Shown in pieces: positions 1-9,000 of a stretch of DNA of 64,000 nt (its first letter is position 1; each line of letters begins with the position of its first letter). The notes beneath the pieces were generated by a model. It was not told the DNA's origin. It worked only from the letters and a program-made list of their open reading frames with translations, and did no database searches. The position numbers and the translations under genes are program-made. The DNA comes from Candidatus Aldehydirespirator sp. (GTDB lineage Bacteria; Actinomycetota; Acidimicrobiia; Acidimicrobiales; Aldehydirespiratoraceae), in assembly GCA_965261105.1 (NCBI GenBank), contig CBDHCM010000006.1, forward strand, positions 1,540,405 to 1,604,404, in the 5' to 3' direction.

Positions 1-979
1 CGTCGATCGACACGCTGCCGGCGGTGACGGGCCGCAGGCCGGAGATCGCCTCGGCCAGCTCGCGCTGGCCGTTGCCCGAGACGCCCGCGATGCCCAGGAT
101 GCGCCCGCCTCGCACGTCGACCTCCAGGTCCTTGACCGCCTCGGTGCCCCTGTCCCCGTTCACCGTGAGTCCCCGGATGCTGAGCCGCACTCCCCGGTCC
201 TCGGTGTCGGCCATGTCCGGGGCCAGCTTCACGGGCCGGCCCACCATCATGTGGGCCAGCCCCTCGCGGTCGGTCTCGGCCGGAACGGTCGTGCCCACCA
301 CGCTGCCGTCGCGCAGCACGGTGATCCGGTCGGCCAGGGCCAGCACCTCGTGGAGCTTGTGCGAGATGAACACCAGGCCCCGCCCGTCGTTGGCCATCCG
401 GCGCAGGGTTACGAACAGGTCGTCCACCTCACCGGGGGTCAGCACCGCGGTGGGCTCGTCCAGCACCAGCAGCCGGGCATCCCGCAGCAGGGCCTTGATG
501 ATCTCCACCCGCTGGCGCTCGCCCACCGCGAGCTGCCAGAGATAGGCGTCGGGCGGCACGTCGAGCCCGTAGGCCTCCGACAGCTCCACGATGCGGGCCC
601 GCACCGTCGCGAGGTCGGGCCGGCCCGGCCGGCTCGACGACAGCCCGAGCGCCACGTTCTCGGTGACGGTGAGCGTCGGCACCAGCATGAAGTGCTGGTG
701 GATCATGCCGATCCCCGCGGCGATGGCCGAGGCGGGCGACCGCACTCGCGAGCGTTCGCCGTTCAGGAAGATCTCGCCCCGGTCGGGCGCGTAGAGCCCG
801 AACAGGATCTTCATGAGCGTGCTCTTGCCCGCCCCGTTCTCGCCCAAGAGGGCGTGTATCTCCCCGGACCGGACGTCGAGGTCGATCGAGTCGTTGGCGA
901 GCACCCCGGGGAAGCGCTTGGTGATGCCGCGCATCTCCATCAGCGGCGTCTGGTCGCGCTCCCCCGAGGCGTTCGTCAT
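1..979 (-). CDS. ABC transporter ATP-binding protein, tandem-ATPase type (BMP/nucleoside-sugar importer); 3' end runs off the window
   Basis: Absent from the ORF track because it has no in-window stop. Reverse translation from ATG 979-977 gives MTNASGERDQTPLMEMRGITKRFPGVLANDSIDLDVRSGEIHALLGENGAGKSTLMKIL (Walker A), LLVLDEPT (Walker B) and a second Walker A, GIAGVSGNGQRE, near nt 60. Confidence 0.85.
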   Translation of the reverse strand, partial: MTNASGERDQTPLMEMRGITKRFPGVLANDSIDLDVRSGEIHALLGENGAGKSTLMKILFGLYAPDRGEIFLNGERSRVRSPASAIAAGIGMIHQHFMLVPTLTVTENVALGLSSSRPGRPDLATVRARIVELSEAYGLDVPPDAYLWQLAVGERQRVEIIKALLRDARLLVLDEPTAVLTPGEVDDLFVTLRRMANDGRGLVFISHKLHEVLALADRITVLRDGSVVGTTVPAETDREGLAHMMVGRPVKLAPDMADTEDRGVRLSIRGLTVNGDRGTEAVKDLEVDVRGGRILGIAGVSGNGQRELAEAISGLRPVTAGSVSID

Positions 980-1036
980 GAGATGGTCTCAAAGGCTCCG
1001 CGGATGCATGTCAAACCATGCGGTGAAGCATGCTGT

Positions 1037-1086
1037 TTCCCGCTCTTGTTCGCTGCGCTCACGGGCCGCTCGGGCCACGGCCTCGC
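1037..1086 (+). repeat. Intergenic repeat family, core module (copy A)
   Basis: TTCCCGCTCTTGTTCGCTGCGCTCACGGGCCGCTCGGGCCACGGCCTCGC recurs at 9547-9596 (+), 13470-13519 (-) and 54086-54135 (-), with a degenerate copy at 46997-47069. A tail-like motif TTCCGCTCGGCCTCT lies at 1122-1136. Confidence 0.9.
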
Positions 1087-1159
1087 GGGGCGCCTCGTGA
1101 AGAGCTTCATGAACTGCTGCTTTCCGCTCGGCCTCTGCAGCCGGTGTCCGGGAGCCGGC

Positions 1160-3337
1160 TCAGCCGACGCCGGTGGACAGCGAGCCGTCCTTGAAGCCCG
1201 CTACCGCGTCGTCGATGGCCGAGCGGGCCTCCGCCGACAGGTCGTAGGCGTCGTTGTACTCGATCACGAGTCCGCCGTTGGCGAAGTTGATCTCGTAGGA
1301 GTTGCCGCCGTAGGTGCCCCTCTGGACGTCGACCACGAGGTCGTCGAGCACGACGTCCCACCTGTAGACCTGGTTGGCCACGACGACCTCGGGGCCGACG
1401 GTGGTCTGGTTGGACTGGGTGCCGAACCACGGGATGCCGTTCTCGCGGGCGACGCCGATGGCGCCGACAGTCATCTGAGCGGTGCCGGTGAGCACGGCAT
1501 GGCCGTTGTCGATGAACGACTGGGCGGCCTCCGCGGCGAGCTGCACGTCGGCGAAGGAGTCGGTGTAGACGGAGTTGGCGGTGCCGCCTCCGGCCTCCAC
1601 ACCGGCCTGGAACCCGTCCACGTACAGCTTGGCGTCGCCGACCTCGATCGGGCCGACGATCCCCACCGGGGAACCGTCGGCGATCACCGCGGCGGCGAGA
1701 CCCAGGGCGTAGGCGCCCTCGTCGGAGGAGGTGGTGTAGGCCGAGATGTTGGCCTGGCCGAAGGTCTCCACCGAGGTGCCCCACGCGAAGGCGGTGTCGG
1801 GGAAGTCGGGAGCGATCGCCTCGAGGAGGCCTCCGTACTGGGAGCCGTGGGCGATGACCAGGTCGTAGCCTTCCTCGGCGTAGTCGCGCAGCGCCAGGCC
1901 GGCGTCCTCGACGATGAACAGGCCCGGTGACACCGCGACCTCGCTGAGCAGCCCGGCGGCCTCCATGCGGTGCAGGGCGTCGACGATGGACTGGCTGAAG
2001 GCCAGATCGTTCTCCGCGCTGGGAGTCACCACCGCAGCCCGCAGCGGCCCCGCGTCCATGAAGTTGGCAACGGCCGCGTCGGCGATGGCCCGCACGTCGG
2101 CGGGCAGGTCGTAGGCGTCGTTGTACTCGATCACGAGTCCGCCGTTGGCGAAGTTGATCTCGTAGGAGCTTCCGCCCATCTGGCCCGCCTGGATGTCGGC
2201 CACGAGGTCGTCGAGCACGACGTCCCACCTGTAGACCTGGTTGGCCACGACGACCTCGGGGCCGACGGTGGTCTGGTTGGACTGGGTGCCGAACCACGGG
2301 ATGCCGTTCTCGCGGGCGACGCCGATGGCGCCGACAGTCATCTGAGCGGTGCCGGTGAGCACGGCATGGCCGTTGTCGATGAACGACTGGGCGGCCTCCG
2401 CGGCGAGCTGCACGTCGGCGAAGGAGTCGGTGTAGACGGAGTTGGCGGTGCCGCCTCCGGCCTCCACACCGGCCTGGAACCCGTCCACGTACAGCTTGGC
2501 GTCGCCGACCTCGATCGGGCCGACGATCCCCACCGGGGAACCGTCGGCCAGCTTGGCCGCCATCAAGCCCATCACGTATGCGCCCTCGTCGGAGGAGGTG
2601 GTGTAGGCCGAGATGTTGGCCTGGCCGAAGGTCTCCACCGAGGTGCCCCACGCGAAGGCGGTGTCGGGGAAGTCGGGAGCGATCGCCTCGAGGAGGCCTC
2701 CGTACTGGGAGCCGTGGGCGATGACCAGGTCGTAGCCTTCCTCGGCGTAGTCGCGCAGCGCCAGGCCGGCGTCCTCGACGATGAACAGGCCCGGTGACAC
2801 CGCGACCTCGCTGAGCAGCCCGGCGGCCTCCATGCGGTGCAGGGCGTCGACGATGGACTGGCTGAAGGCCAGATCGTTCTCCGCGCTGGGAGTGACCACC
2901 GCAGCCCGCAGCGGCCCCGCGTCCGTCGTCTCGGTGTCGTCAGTTTCGGCGGCGGCGGCGGCAGCAGCAGCCTCCTCAGCCGCGGCGGCAGCCGCGTCGG
3001 CCTCGGCCTGAGCGGCGGCGGCTTCGTCGCGGGCCGCTTGCAGTTGCGCCTCGAGCTCGGCGACGACCTCGGGGTCTACCGCCCCCTCGGCCTCAGCCAT
3101 GGCGGCCGCGAGCGCCGCCTCGGCCTCCGCAGCCTTTGCAGCAGCATCCTCGGCCCTGGTGGCGGCGGCATCGGCGTCGGCCTGAGCCGCGGCGGCAGCC
3201 GCTTCGGCCTCGGCCTGAGCGGCGGCGGCATCGGCACCAGTGTCCGCAACGTCGGCGGCCTCGTCGTCGCCGCATGAGGCTGCGATCAGCCCGAATACGG
3301 CGAATACGACGACTAGCCATCGAAATCGTTTCATCAT
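1160..3337 (-). CDS. BMP-family (PnrA/Med-like) ABC substrate-binding lipoprotein with two tandem binding domains and a long Ala/Glu-rich tether
   Basis: 725-aa ORF. Signal peptide plus lipobox MMKRFRWLVVVFAVFGLIAASC, then a low-complexity A/E/D stretch. Two ~289-aa BMP-like domains each start DAGPLRAAVVTPSAENDLAFSQSIVDAL. AGGAGGG lies upstream of the ATG. Confidence 0.85.
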   Translation of the reverse strand: MMKRFRWLVVVFAVFGLIAASCGDDEAADVADTGADAAAAQAEAEAAAAAAQADADAAATRAEDAAAKAAEAEAALAAAMAEAEGAVDPEVVAELEAQLQAARDEAAAAQAEADAAAAAAEEAAAAAAAAETDDTETTDAGPLRAAVVTPSAENDLAFSQSIVDALHRMEAAGLLSEVAVSPGLFIVEDAGLALRDYAEEGYDLVIAHGSQYGGLLEAIAPDFPDTAFAWGTSVETFGQANISAYTTSSDEGAYVMGLMAAKLADGSPVGIVGPIEVGDAKLYVDGFQAGVEAGGGTANSVYTDSFADVQLAAEAAQSFIDNGHAVLTGTAQMTVGAIGVARENGIPWFGTQSNQTTVGPEVVVANQVYRWDVVLDDLVADIQAGQMGGSSYEINFANGGLVIEYNDAYDLPADVRAIADAAVANFMDAGPLRAAVVTPSAENDLAFSQSIVDALHRMEAAGLLSEVAVSPGLFIVEDAGLALRDYAEEGYDLVIAHGSQYGGLLEAIAPDFPDTAFAWGTSVETFGQANISAYTTSSDEGAYALGLAAAVIADGSPVGIVGPIEVGDAKLYVDGFQAGVEAGGGTANSVYTDSFADVQLAAEAAQSFIDNGHAVLTGTAQMTVGAIGVARENGIPWFGTQSNQTTVGPEVVVANQVYRWDVVLDDLVVDVQRGTYGGNSYEINFANGGLVIEYNDAYDLSAEARSAIDDAVAGFKDGSLSTGVG
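1239..2923. repeat. 867-bp tandem duplication inside the BMP lipoprotein gene
   Basis: 1239-2056 and 2106-2923 are identical by eye apart from a few short diverged patches. Spurious ORFs 1914..2114 and 2781..3011 share the same first 48 aa at an 867-nt offset. Confidence 0.9.
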
Positions 3338-3429
3338 GTCTGTTGTCCCTCCTGGGTACGGTCCCGAATCATCGGGCTTCCTTCATCGTGTGACTCTATG
3401 GCCTTGCGCTTTCGGATGCCGGGCTGCCG

Positions 3430-4365
3430 TCAGTGGCCTCTCACGAACGGCAGTGTGAGAGCGGCCGGTTGGTCGGCAGTGCGGCGGGCGATGACGACGA
3501 GAGCGATGATGGTGAGGGCGGCGGGCGCCATCGTTGTGAAGCTGGAAGCGGCGCCCGTGACCAACCCCGCGGTCTTCCACTGATTGACCGTCGCGGTGAC
3601 CAGCCCGTACAGCAGCGAGCCGGCCAGCACGCCCGTGGGCCGCCAAGCCCCGAAGTACACCAGCGCGATGGCGATGAAGCCGATCTGGTTGGTGAGGTTG
3701 TGCTGGAAGATCCCGATCTCGATGGCGAGAGCAGCCCCGGCCAGGCCGGCCAGCCCGTTGCCGGCGAGGATCGTTATGGCTCGCGTGCGGGCCACCGACA
3801 CGCCCAGGCTGTCGGCCGCCTCGGGCGTCTCTCCGACGGCTCGGACGTTGAGCCCGAAGGTGGTGCGGTTCACGAGCAGGGTCAGCCCCGGCACGAGCAG
3901 CATCGACACGTAGACCAGCAGGTTGTGGTTGAAGAACATGTCGCCGATCTTGGGGATGTCGGACAGCAGCGGGACGGCCAGCTTGTCGAAGCTCGAGATG
4001 GGCAGCGGCGTGCCGACCCACTCGAGGAACAAGAGCTCGCTGATGCCCAGCCCGAACAGGAAGATGCCGATGCCGCTGATTCCCTGCTCGGCCCGGAACA
4101 CGATCGTGACCGTGGCGTAGACGACCCCCATCAGCAGTCCGACTCCGATCCCGACCAGCAGGCCCACGACGATGCTGTCGGTCTTGAGCACGGCCCAGTA
4201 CGAGAAGAATGCTCCCATCAGCATCACACCGTCCACGCCGAGGTTCAGCACGCCGCTGCGTTGGCTGAGCGTCTCGCCCAGGGCGGCCAACAGGTACGGG
4301 GTGGCCAACCGCACGCCCGACGCGAAAGTGGCCACAGTGAACGTGACGGTTATGAAGTCGGTCAC
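3430..4365 (-). CDS. ABC transporter permease (BMP-family importer, second permease)
   Basis: 311-aa polytopic membrane ORF (MTDFITVTFTVATFASGVRLATPYLLAALGETLSQRSGVLNLGVDG...). It overlaps the upstream permease by 4 nt. Confidence 0.85.
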   Translation of the reverse strand: MTDFITVTFTVATFASGVRLATPYLLAALGETLSQRSGVLNLGVDGVMLMGAFFSYWAVLKTDSIVVGLLVGIGVGLLMGVVYATVTIVFRAEQGISGIGIFLFGLGISELLFLEWVGTPLPISSFDKLAVPLLSDIPKIGDMFFNHNLLVYVSMLLVPGLTLLVNRTTFGLNVRAVGETPEAADSLGVSVARTRAITILAGNGLAGLAGAALAIEIGIFQHNLTNQIGFIAIALVYFGAWRPTGVLAGSLLYGLVTATVNQWKTAGLVTGAASSFTTMAPAALTIIALVVIARRTADQPAALTLPFVRGH

Positions 4366-5588
4366 GGCCCACTCTCCAAGTTGGATCTGGCCGAGGAGGC
4401 GTCCCCGCCGATCGAGGCGTCGGCTGTGCCGGGATCGGACGGCACTGCTTCATCGGTGGCTGCCGCTTCATGTTCGGCCGCATCTCCGGCTATCGACATG
4501 AGGCGCGATATCCGCTCGCGCAGCGTGTTGCTGCTCACGACGAACACCACGATCAGGCCGTTGAGCCCGATCACCAGGGCCACCGGGATCTGGATGGCCC
4601 TCTGCATAGCGTTCGCCCCGACCAGCAGTCCCCCGAACAGGAACGCCGACGGGATCGTGAAGAGCGGGTGCAGGCCGCCGAACAGCGCGGCCACGATGCC
4701 GTTGAAGCCGGCCGAGCCGGTGAAGCCGGTGGCGAAGCCCTCGGTCTGCAGGCGGTGCGTCTCGCTGCCGAACACCAGAGCGGCCCCGGCCAGACCGCAC
4801 AGCGCGCCGCTGATGGTGAGCGCGAGCATGGTCATGCGCTTCACCGGCATACCCGCGTAGCGGGCCGCGGGCGCGCTGGCGCCCACGGCGCGCACCCGGT
4901 AGCCGGTGGTGGTCCGCCACAGGAAGAACCAGGTGACGCCGGCCGCGAGCAGGGCCACGACCACGCCCAGGTGCAGGCGGGTGCCCGATATCAACACGGG
5001 CAGGTCGGCGTTCTCCGACAGGCGCCTTGTCTGGGGGATCCTGGTGCCGAGCTCGATCTGCCTGGGATCCATCAGCGGGGCCCGCAGCAAGTAGTTGAAC
5101 AACTGCACCGCTACGAGGTTGAGCATGATGGTGGACAGGATCTCGTTCACGCCCAGGTAGGCCTTGAGCGCGCCGGGGATGCCGCCCCAGATGGCTCCGC
5201 CGACCAGCCCCATCAGCAGCACCAGCGGGATCAGCACTACCGACGGCAGATCGGGCACGGCCAGCGCGGTCATGGTGGACAGCAGCCCGCCGGCGATTAT
5301 CTGCCCCTCCCCGCCGATGTTGATCACCTTCGCCCGGAAGGCGACGCAAATACCGGTTCCCACGAGCAGCAGGGGCATGGCCTTCGCCGCCGACTCAGCT
5401 AGCTCCTCAGTGCCGCCGAACGCGCCGATGAGCAGTTCCTTGTAGCCCTCAAGCGGGTTCGCTCCCAGGCCGATGATCATGGCCGCGCCGATCAGCAGGG
5501 CCATCACCACGGCCGAGCCGCCGACCACGATCCCGCCGAGGCGCGCCAGAGTGCCGCGGCGCGAACGCACCCGGGAGAGTTTGGGCAT
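4362..5588 (-). CDS. ABC transporter permease (BMP-family importer, first permease)
   Basis: Polytopic membrane ORF. The start is taken at MPKLSRVRSRRGTLARLGGIVVGG (ATG 5588) rather than the track start 5624, because a hydrophobic segment follows directly. Confidence 0.8.
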   Translation of the reverse strand: MPKLSRVRSRRGTLARLGGIVVGGSAVVMALLIGAAMIIGLGANPLEGYKELLIGAFGGTEELAESAAKAMPLLLVGTGICVAFRAKVINIGGEGQIIAGGLLSTMTALAVPDLPSVVLIPLVLLMGLVGGAIWGGIPGALKAYLGVNEILSTIMLNLVAVQLFNYLLRAPLMDPRQIELGTRIPQTRRLSENADLPVLISGTRLHLGVVVALLAAGVTWFFLWRTTTGYRVRAVGASAPAARYAGMPVKRMTMLALTISGALCGLAGAALVFGSETHRLQTEGFATGFTGSAGFNGIVAALFGGLHPLFTIPSAFLFGGLLVGANAMQRAIQIPVALVIGLNGLIVVFVVSSNTLRERISRLMSIAGDAAEHEAAATDEAVPSDPGTADASIGGDASSARSNLESGP

Positions 5589-5715
5589 CCGTCTATGTTT
5601 GACCGCGCACCGGCCCGGTGTCAATCACACCGGTTCTCTCAACGCACCCGGGAGAGTTTGGGCATCCGTCTATGTTTGACCGCGCACCGGCCCGGTGTCA
5701 ATCACACCGGTTCTC
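5564..5715. repeat. Perfect 75-bp direct repeat (77-bp period) duplicating the permease start codon, first 8 codons and upstream region
   Basis: 5564-5638 equals 5641-5715 base for base. Each copy carries TTGACA (minus strand), the inverted repeat CCGGTGT-N5-ACACCGG (5615-5633, 5692-5710) and ATG CCC AAA CTC TCC CGG GTG CG. The upstream copy reads MPKLSRVR-stop. Confidence 0.9.
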
Positions 5716-5749
5716 CTATTGACGTGCCCTGTCTTTCGGTCGCCGACGG

Positions 5750-6061
5750 TCATTGGGAGTCGGCGGATCCTTCCAGCAGATCGCCCGCAGTGGCCAGTAC
5801 CTCGGCGAGCTTGGCGGTGTTGTCGTACACGGCCCGCAGGTAGTACTCGCTCACCGCCTCGTGGCCCGAGAACGGCGGCCGTCCCAGCGACCTGACCAGC
5901 GCAGTGGGGTCGGTCGAGACCGTCACCTCCCGCACCGCGGGCAGCTTGGCGGCGGAGCCCCAGAAGTCGCCGGAGGTCTTCGCCGATCCCGCAGCGGTGC
6001 CCTTGCCCCTGCTCCGCCGGGAGCGCTTGCGGGCCGCGTCGGCGCCGTTGGCCGCGGTCAC
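5750..6061 (-). CDS. Hypothetical small protein with a basic N-terminal tail, translationally coupled to the SNF2 helicase
   Basis: 103-aa ORF. Its GTG start overlaps the helicase TGA (GTGA at 6058-6061). N-terminus ...ARKRSRRSRGKG. No family recognised. Confidence 0.55.
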   Translation of the reverse strand: MTAANGADAARKRSRRSRGKGTAAGSAKTSGDFWGSAAKLPAVREVTVSTDPTALVRSLGRPPFSGHEAVSEYYLRAVYDNTAKLAEVLATAGDLLEGSADSQ

Positions 6062-9000
6062 GAGACGGCTCCTTGCGCGGAGACGCCGTTGTCGCCGTTC
6101 TCATCGATGAGAAGCAGGCCGGGGTCGATGCCCAGTGCGGCCCGCAGCTGGTCGCTGTCGAGGTCGCCCACCGAGGAGGACTTGGGCAGCACCATGTCGG
6201 CGATGCGGCGCTTGCCCGCCACCACCTCCTCGACCCGATCATCCACGGTGCCGGGGCACACCAGCCGGTGGCACACCACCGTGTTGCGCTGCCCGATGCG
6301 CCAGGCCCGGTCGCGGGCCTGGTCCTCGACCGCCGGGTTCCACCAGCGGTCGTAGAGCACCACGTGGTTGGCGGCGGTCAGGTTCAGGCCGGTGCCGCCC
6401 GCCTTGAGTGAGAGCACCAGAGCCCCGGGCCCCCGACCCTTCTGGAACGACTGCACCAGGCGGTCGCGGGCGCCCCGGGCCATCCCGCCGTGATAGCAGC
6501 TGATCGGCAGGCCGGTGCGCTCGGTCAGGTGCGTCGCCAGCCGCTCTCCCCATGTGGCGAAGTGGGTGAAGATCAGCATCCGCTCGGAGGCCGCGAACAC
6601 CTGGCCCATGATCTGCTCCAGCCGGGCCAGCTTGCCCGAGCGCCCGTCCAGGGGTTCGCCGTCGTCCTCGTAGTTGACCGGATGGTTGCAGATCTGCTTG
6701 AGGGCGGTGATGGCGGCCAGCACCGCCCCCTTGCGCTCGGGCCCGCCCTCGGCGGTGGTCTCGGTGCGGGCCACCAGCTCGTCGAGCACCGCCTGGTAAA
6801 GCCCGACCTGCTCAGCGGTCATCGTGCAGTGGTCGAGCTCGTCGATGCGGTCGGGCAGCTCCGCGGCGATGGCGGGCTCGGCCTTGGTCCGTCGGAACAC
6901 CAAGATGCCGTTGAGCGCGGCCAGGGCACCCTCGCCGGCTGCGGCCGCCTTGGGGGCCGCAGGTGCCTGCGGGGAGTTGGACGCCTCTGAGCCGTTGGAG
7001 CCCGCGGCGACCTCGCGGTCCGCCCCGGGCTTCTTGGACACCCTCGACATCTCCGCGATGAACGGGTTGCGGGCTCCCAGCAGGCCCGGGTTGCAGAAGT
7101 CCATGATGGCCCACAGGTCGCCCAGGCCGTTCTCGATCGGGGTGCCGGTCAGCGTGACCCGGCAGCGCGCATTGAGCCGGCGCAGCTGCTGGGCGGTCTC
7201 GCTGGCCGGGTTCTTGATGGCCTGGGCCTCGTCGAGCACCACCGTCGACCACTCGACCTTCTCCAGAACGTCCAGGTCGCGCATGGCGGTGCCGTAGGTG
7301 GAGACCACCAGGTCGGCCCTCTCCACCATGGCGGGCACCCGCTCCGCGGGCGTGCGGTTCGGGCCGTGGTGGACCACCACCCGCAGGCCGGGCACGAACC
7401 GGCGGGCCTCGCTGGCCCAGTTGCCCACCACCGCGGGCGGCGCGGCCACCAGCGACGGGCCGTTGCCGCGAGTGAGGTAGATGTGGGCCAGCATCGTGGG
7501 GGTCTTGCCCAGCCCCATGTCCAGGGCCAGGCAGCCGCCCAGGCCGGTCTGCTCCAGGAAGCTCAGCCACAGCAGCGCGTCGGCCTGGTATGTGCGCAGC
7601 GTCCCGTTGAAGCCGTCGGGCGTGACGGGGAGTTCCGCGGGGAGGCTGCGGGCGCTGCGGATCAGCTCCGCAGCCCAGCCCTCCCCCGCGACCATCGTGC
7701 CCCCGGACAGGGGCGAACCCTCCAGGCCGAGGGCATGGCGCAGCATGTCGGCGCCGGTCATGCGGGTCACGTCGGCTCGCTCGGCCAGCGCGGCCGCGGC
7801 CTCGTTGAGGTCGGCCCGGTCCAGCTCCACCCACCGTCCCCGGCTCTTCACCAGGGGCCGGGCCTGGGTGGCCAGCGCCCGGATCTCGGCCGCGGTCAGC
7901 TCCACGTCGTCGAAGGCGACCGACCAGCGCACGTCGGCCAGCTGGCGGGCTCCCACCAGGGTCTCCTGGGCCTCGACCGACGTGAGGCGCAGGGACGGTG
8001 AGGGCCGCCGGCGCGACAGTGCCGGCACCCGCACCTCGTAGCCCACGGCCTGCAGGACGTGGCCCGTCTCGGTCATCAGCTGCCACGCCTCGTCGGCGTC
8101 GAGGATCACCTCGCCCCGCCGGCGGCCCCCGAGCCGCACCAGCTCCGGGAAGAGCCGCTCCAGGCGGGTCATCTGGTGCTTCACCGCCTGGCGCCGGGCC
8201 CGCGACGCGATCACCAGGGCCCGCTCGACCGGTTGGAGCTCGCCCGAGCTCGCCTCCGACAGGACCGACAGGTGCCAGGCGCCGATGTCGTCGGGTGGAT
8301 CGAGCTGCACGATCAGCCGCAGCCGCGGGTCGTAGGGCTCCGTCACCGGGCGGGCCCACTGGTCGAGGCGGCGAGCCAGGTCGGAGGCGTGGCGGCTGGG
8401 CACGTCGAAGGGCGTGCCTTCCAGTCGGGCCAGGGCCGTCTCGGCCACGTCGGCGCGGGTGCGCGGCGCGGGCGGTGGCGCCGGTGCTTCGAGTCGCTCG
8501 GCCGCCTCGGTGGCGATGGCGTCGAATATGTCGGCCAGGGCCGCCTGGGTGAACGCGGGCGCGTCGCGCTGGTTCTCGAAGGCCGCGGCCGCGCCCGGCA
8601 GCGAGTCGGCCAGTGCAGCGACGATGTCGGACTCCACCAGCGCCGGGGCCCAGCGCACCGCGTAGGAGGCGCTGTCGGCTCGTTCCGCGGCGGCTGAGGC
8701 CGCGCCGTCGGCGCCGTCGGCCTCGTCGTCGGGGCGGTACCGGCGGCGCACCTTCTTGAGCTGGGGCACCATGCGCCCCTGGGCGGCGAGCCGAACCGCC
8801 AGTGCGGCCACCAGACCCAGCCACGACACGCTCGCCCCGATTCCATCCTCCTCGGCTGCCTCGCCCAGCGCCACGAGCCACCCGAGGCAGCTCTCGATCG
8901 GTGCCGAGACGGCCTCGGCCCTGGCCCCGCCGCCGAGCGCCACCGGGCGGTGCTCGCTCCACTCGACGGTGCCGGCGCCCGCGCCCCGCAGCCGCTTCAG

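Noticed and set aside
251-1930. Long ORFs antisense to, or out of frame with, the real genes. Examples are 251..1930 (+), 1107..2651 (-), 6812..9070 (-), 10178..13525 (-), 11425..13290 (+), 35644..37956 (+), 37436..39187 (-), 58532..61294 (-) and 61101..63035 (-).
   Set aside because: Their translations are Arg/Gly/Pro/Ala-rich low-complexity strings, typical of non-coding frames in high-GC DNA. In each case another frame carries unmistakable family motifs. Several simply fuse neighbouring genes through alternative upstream starts.
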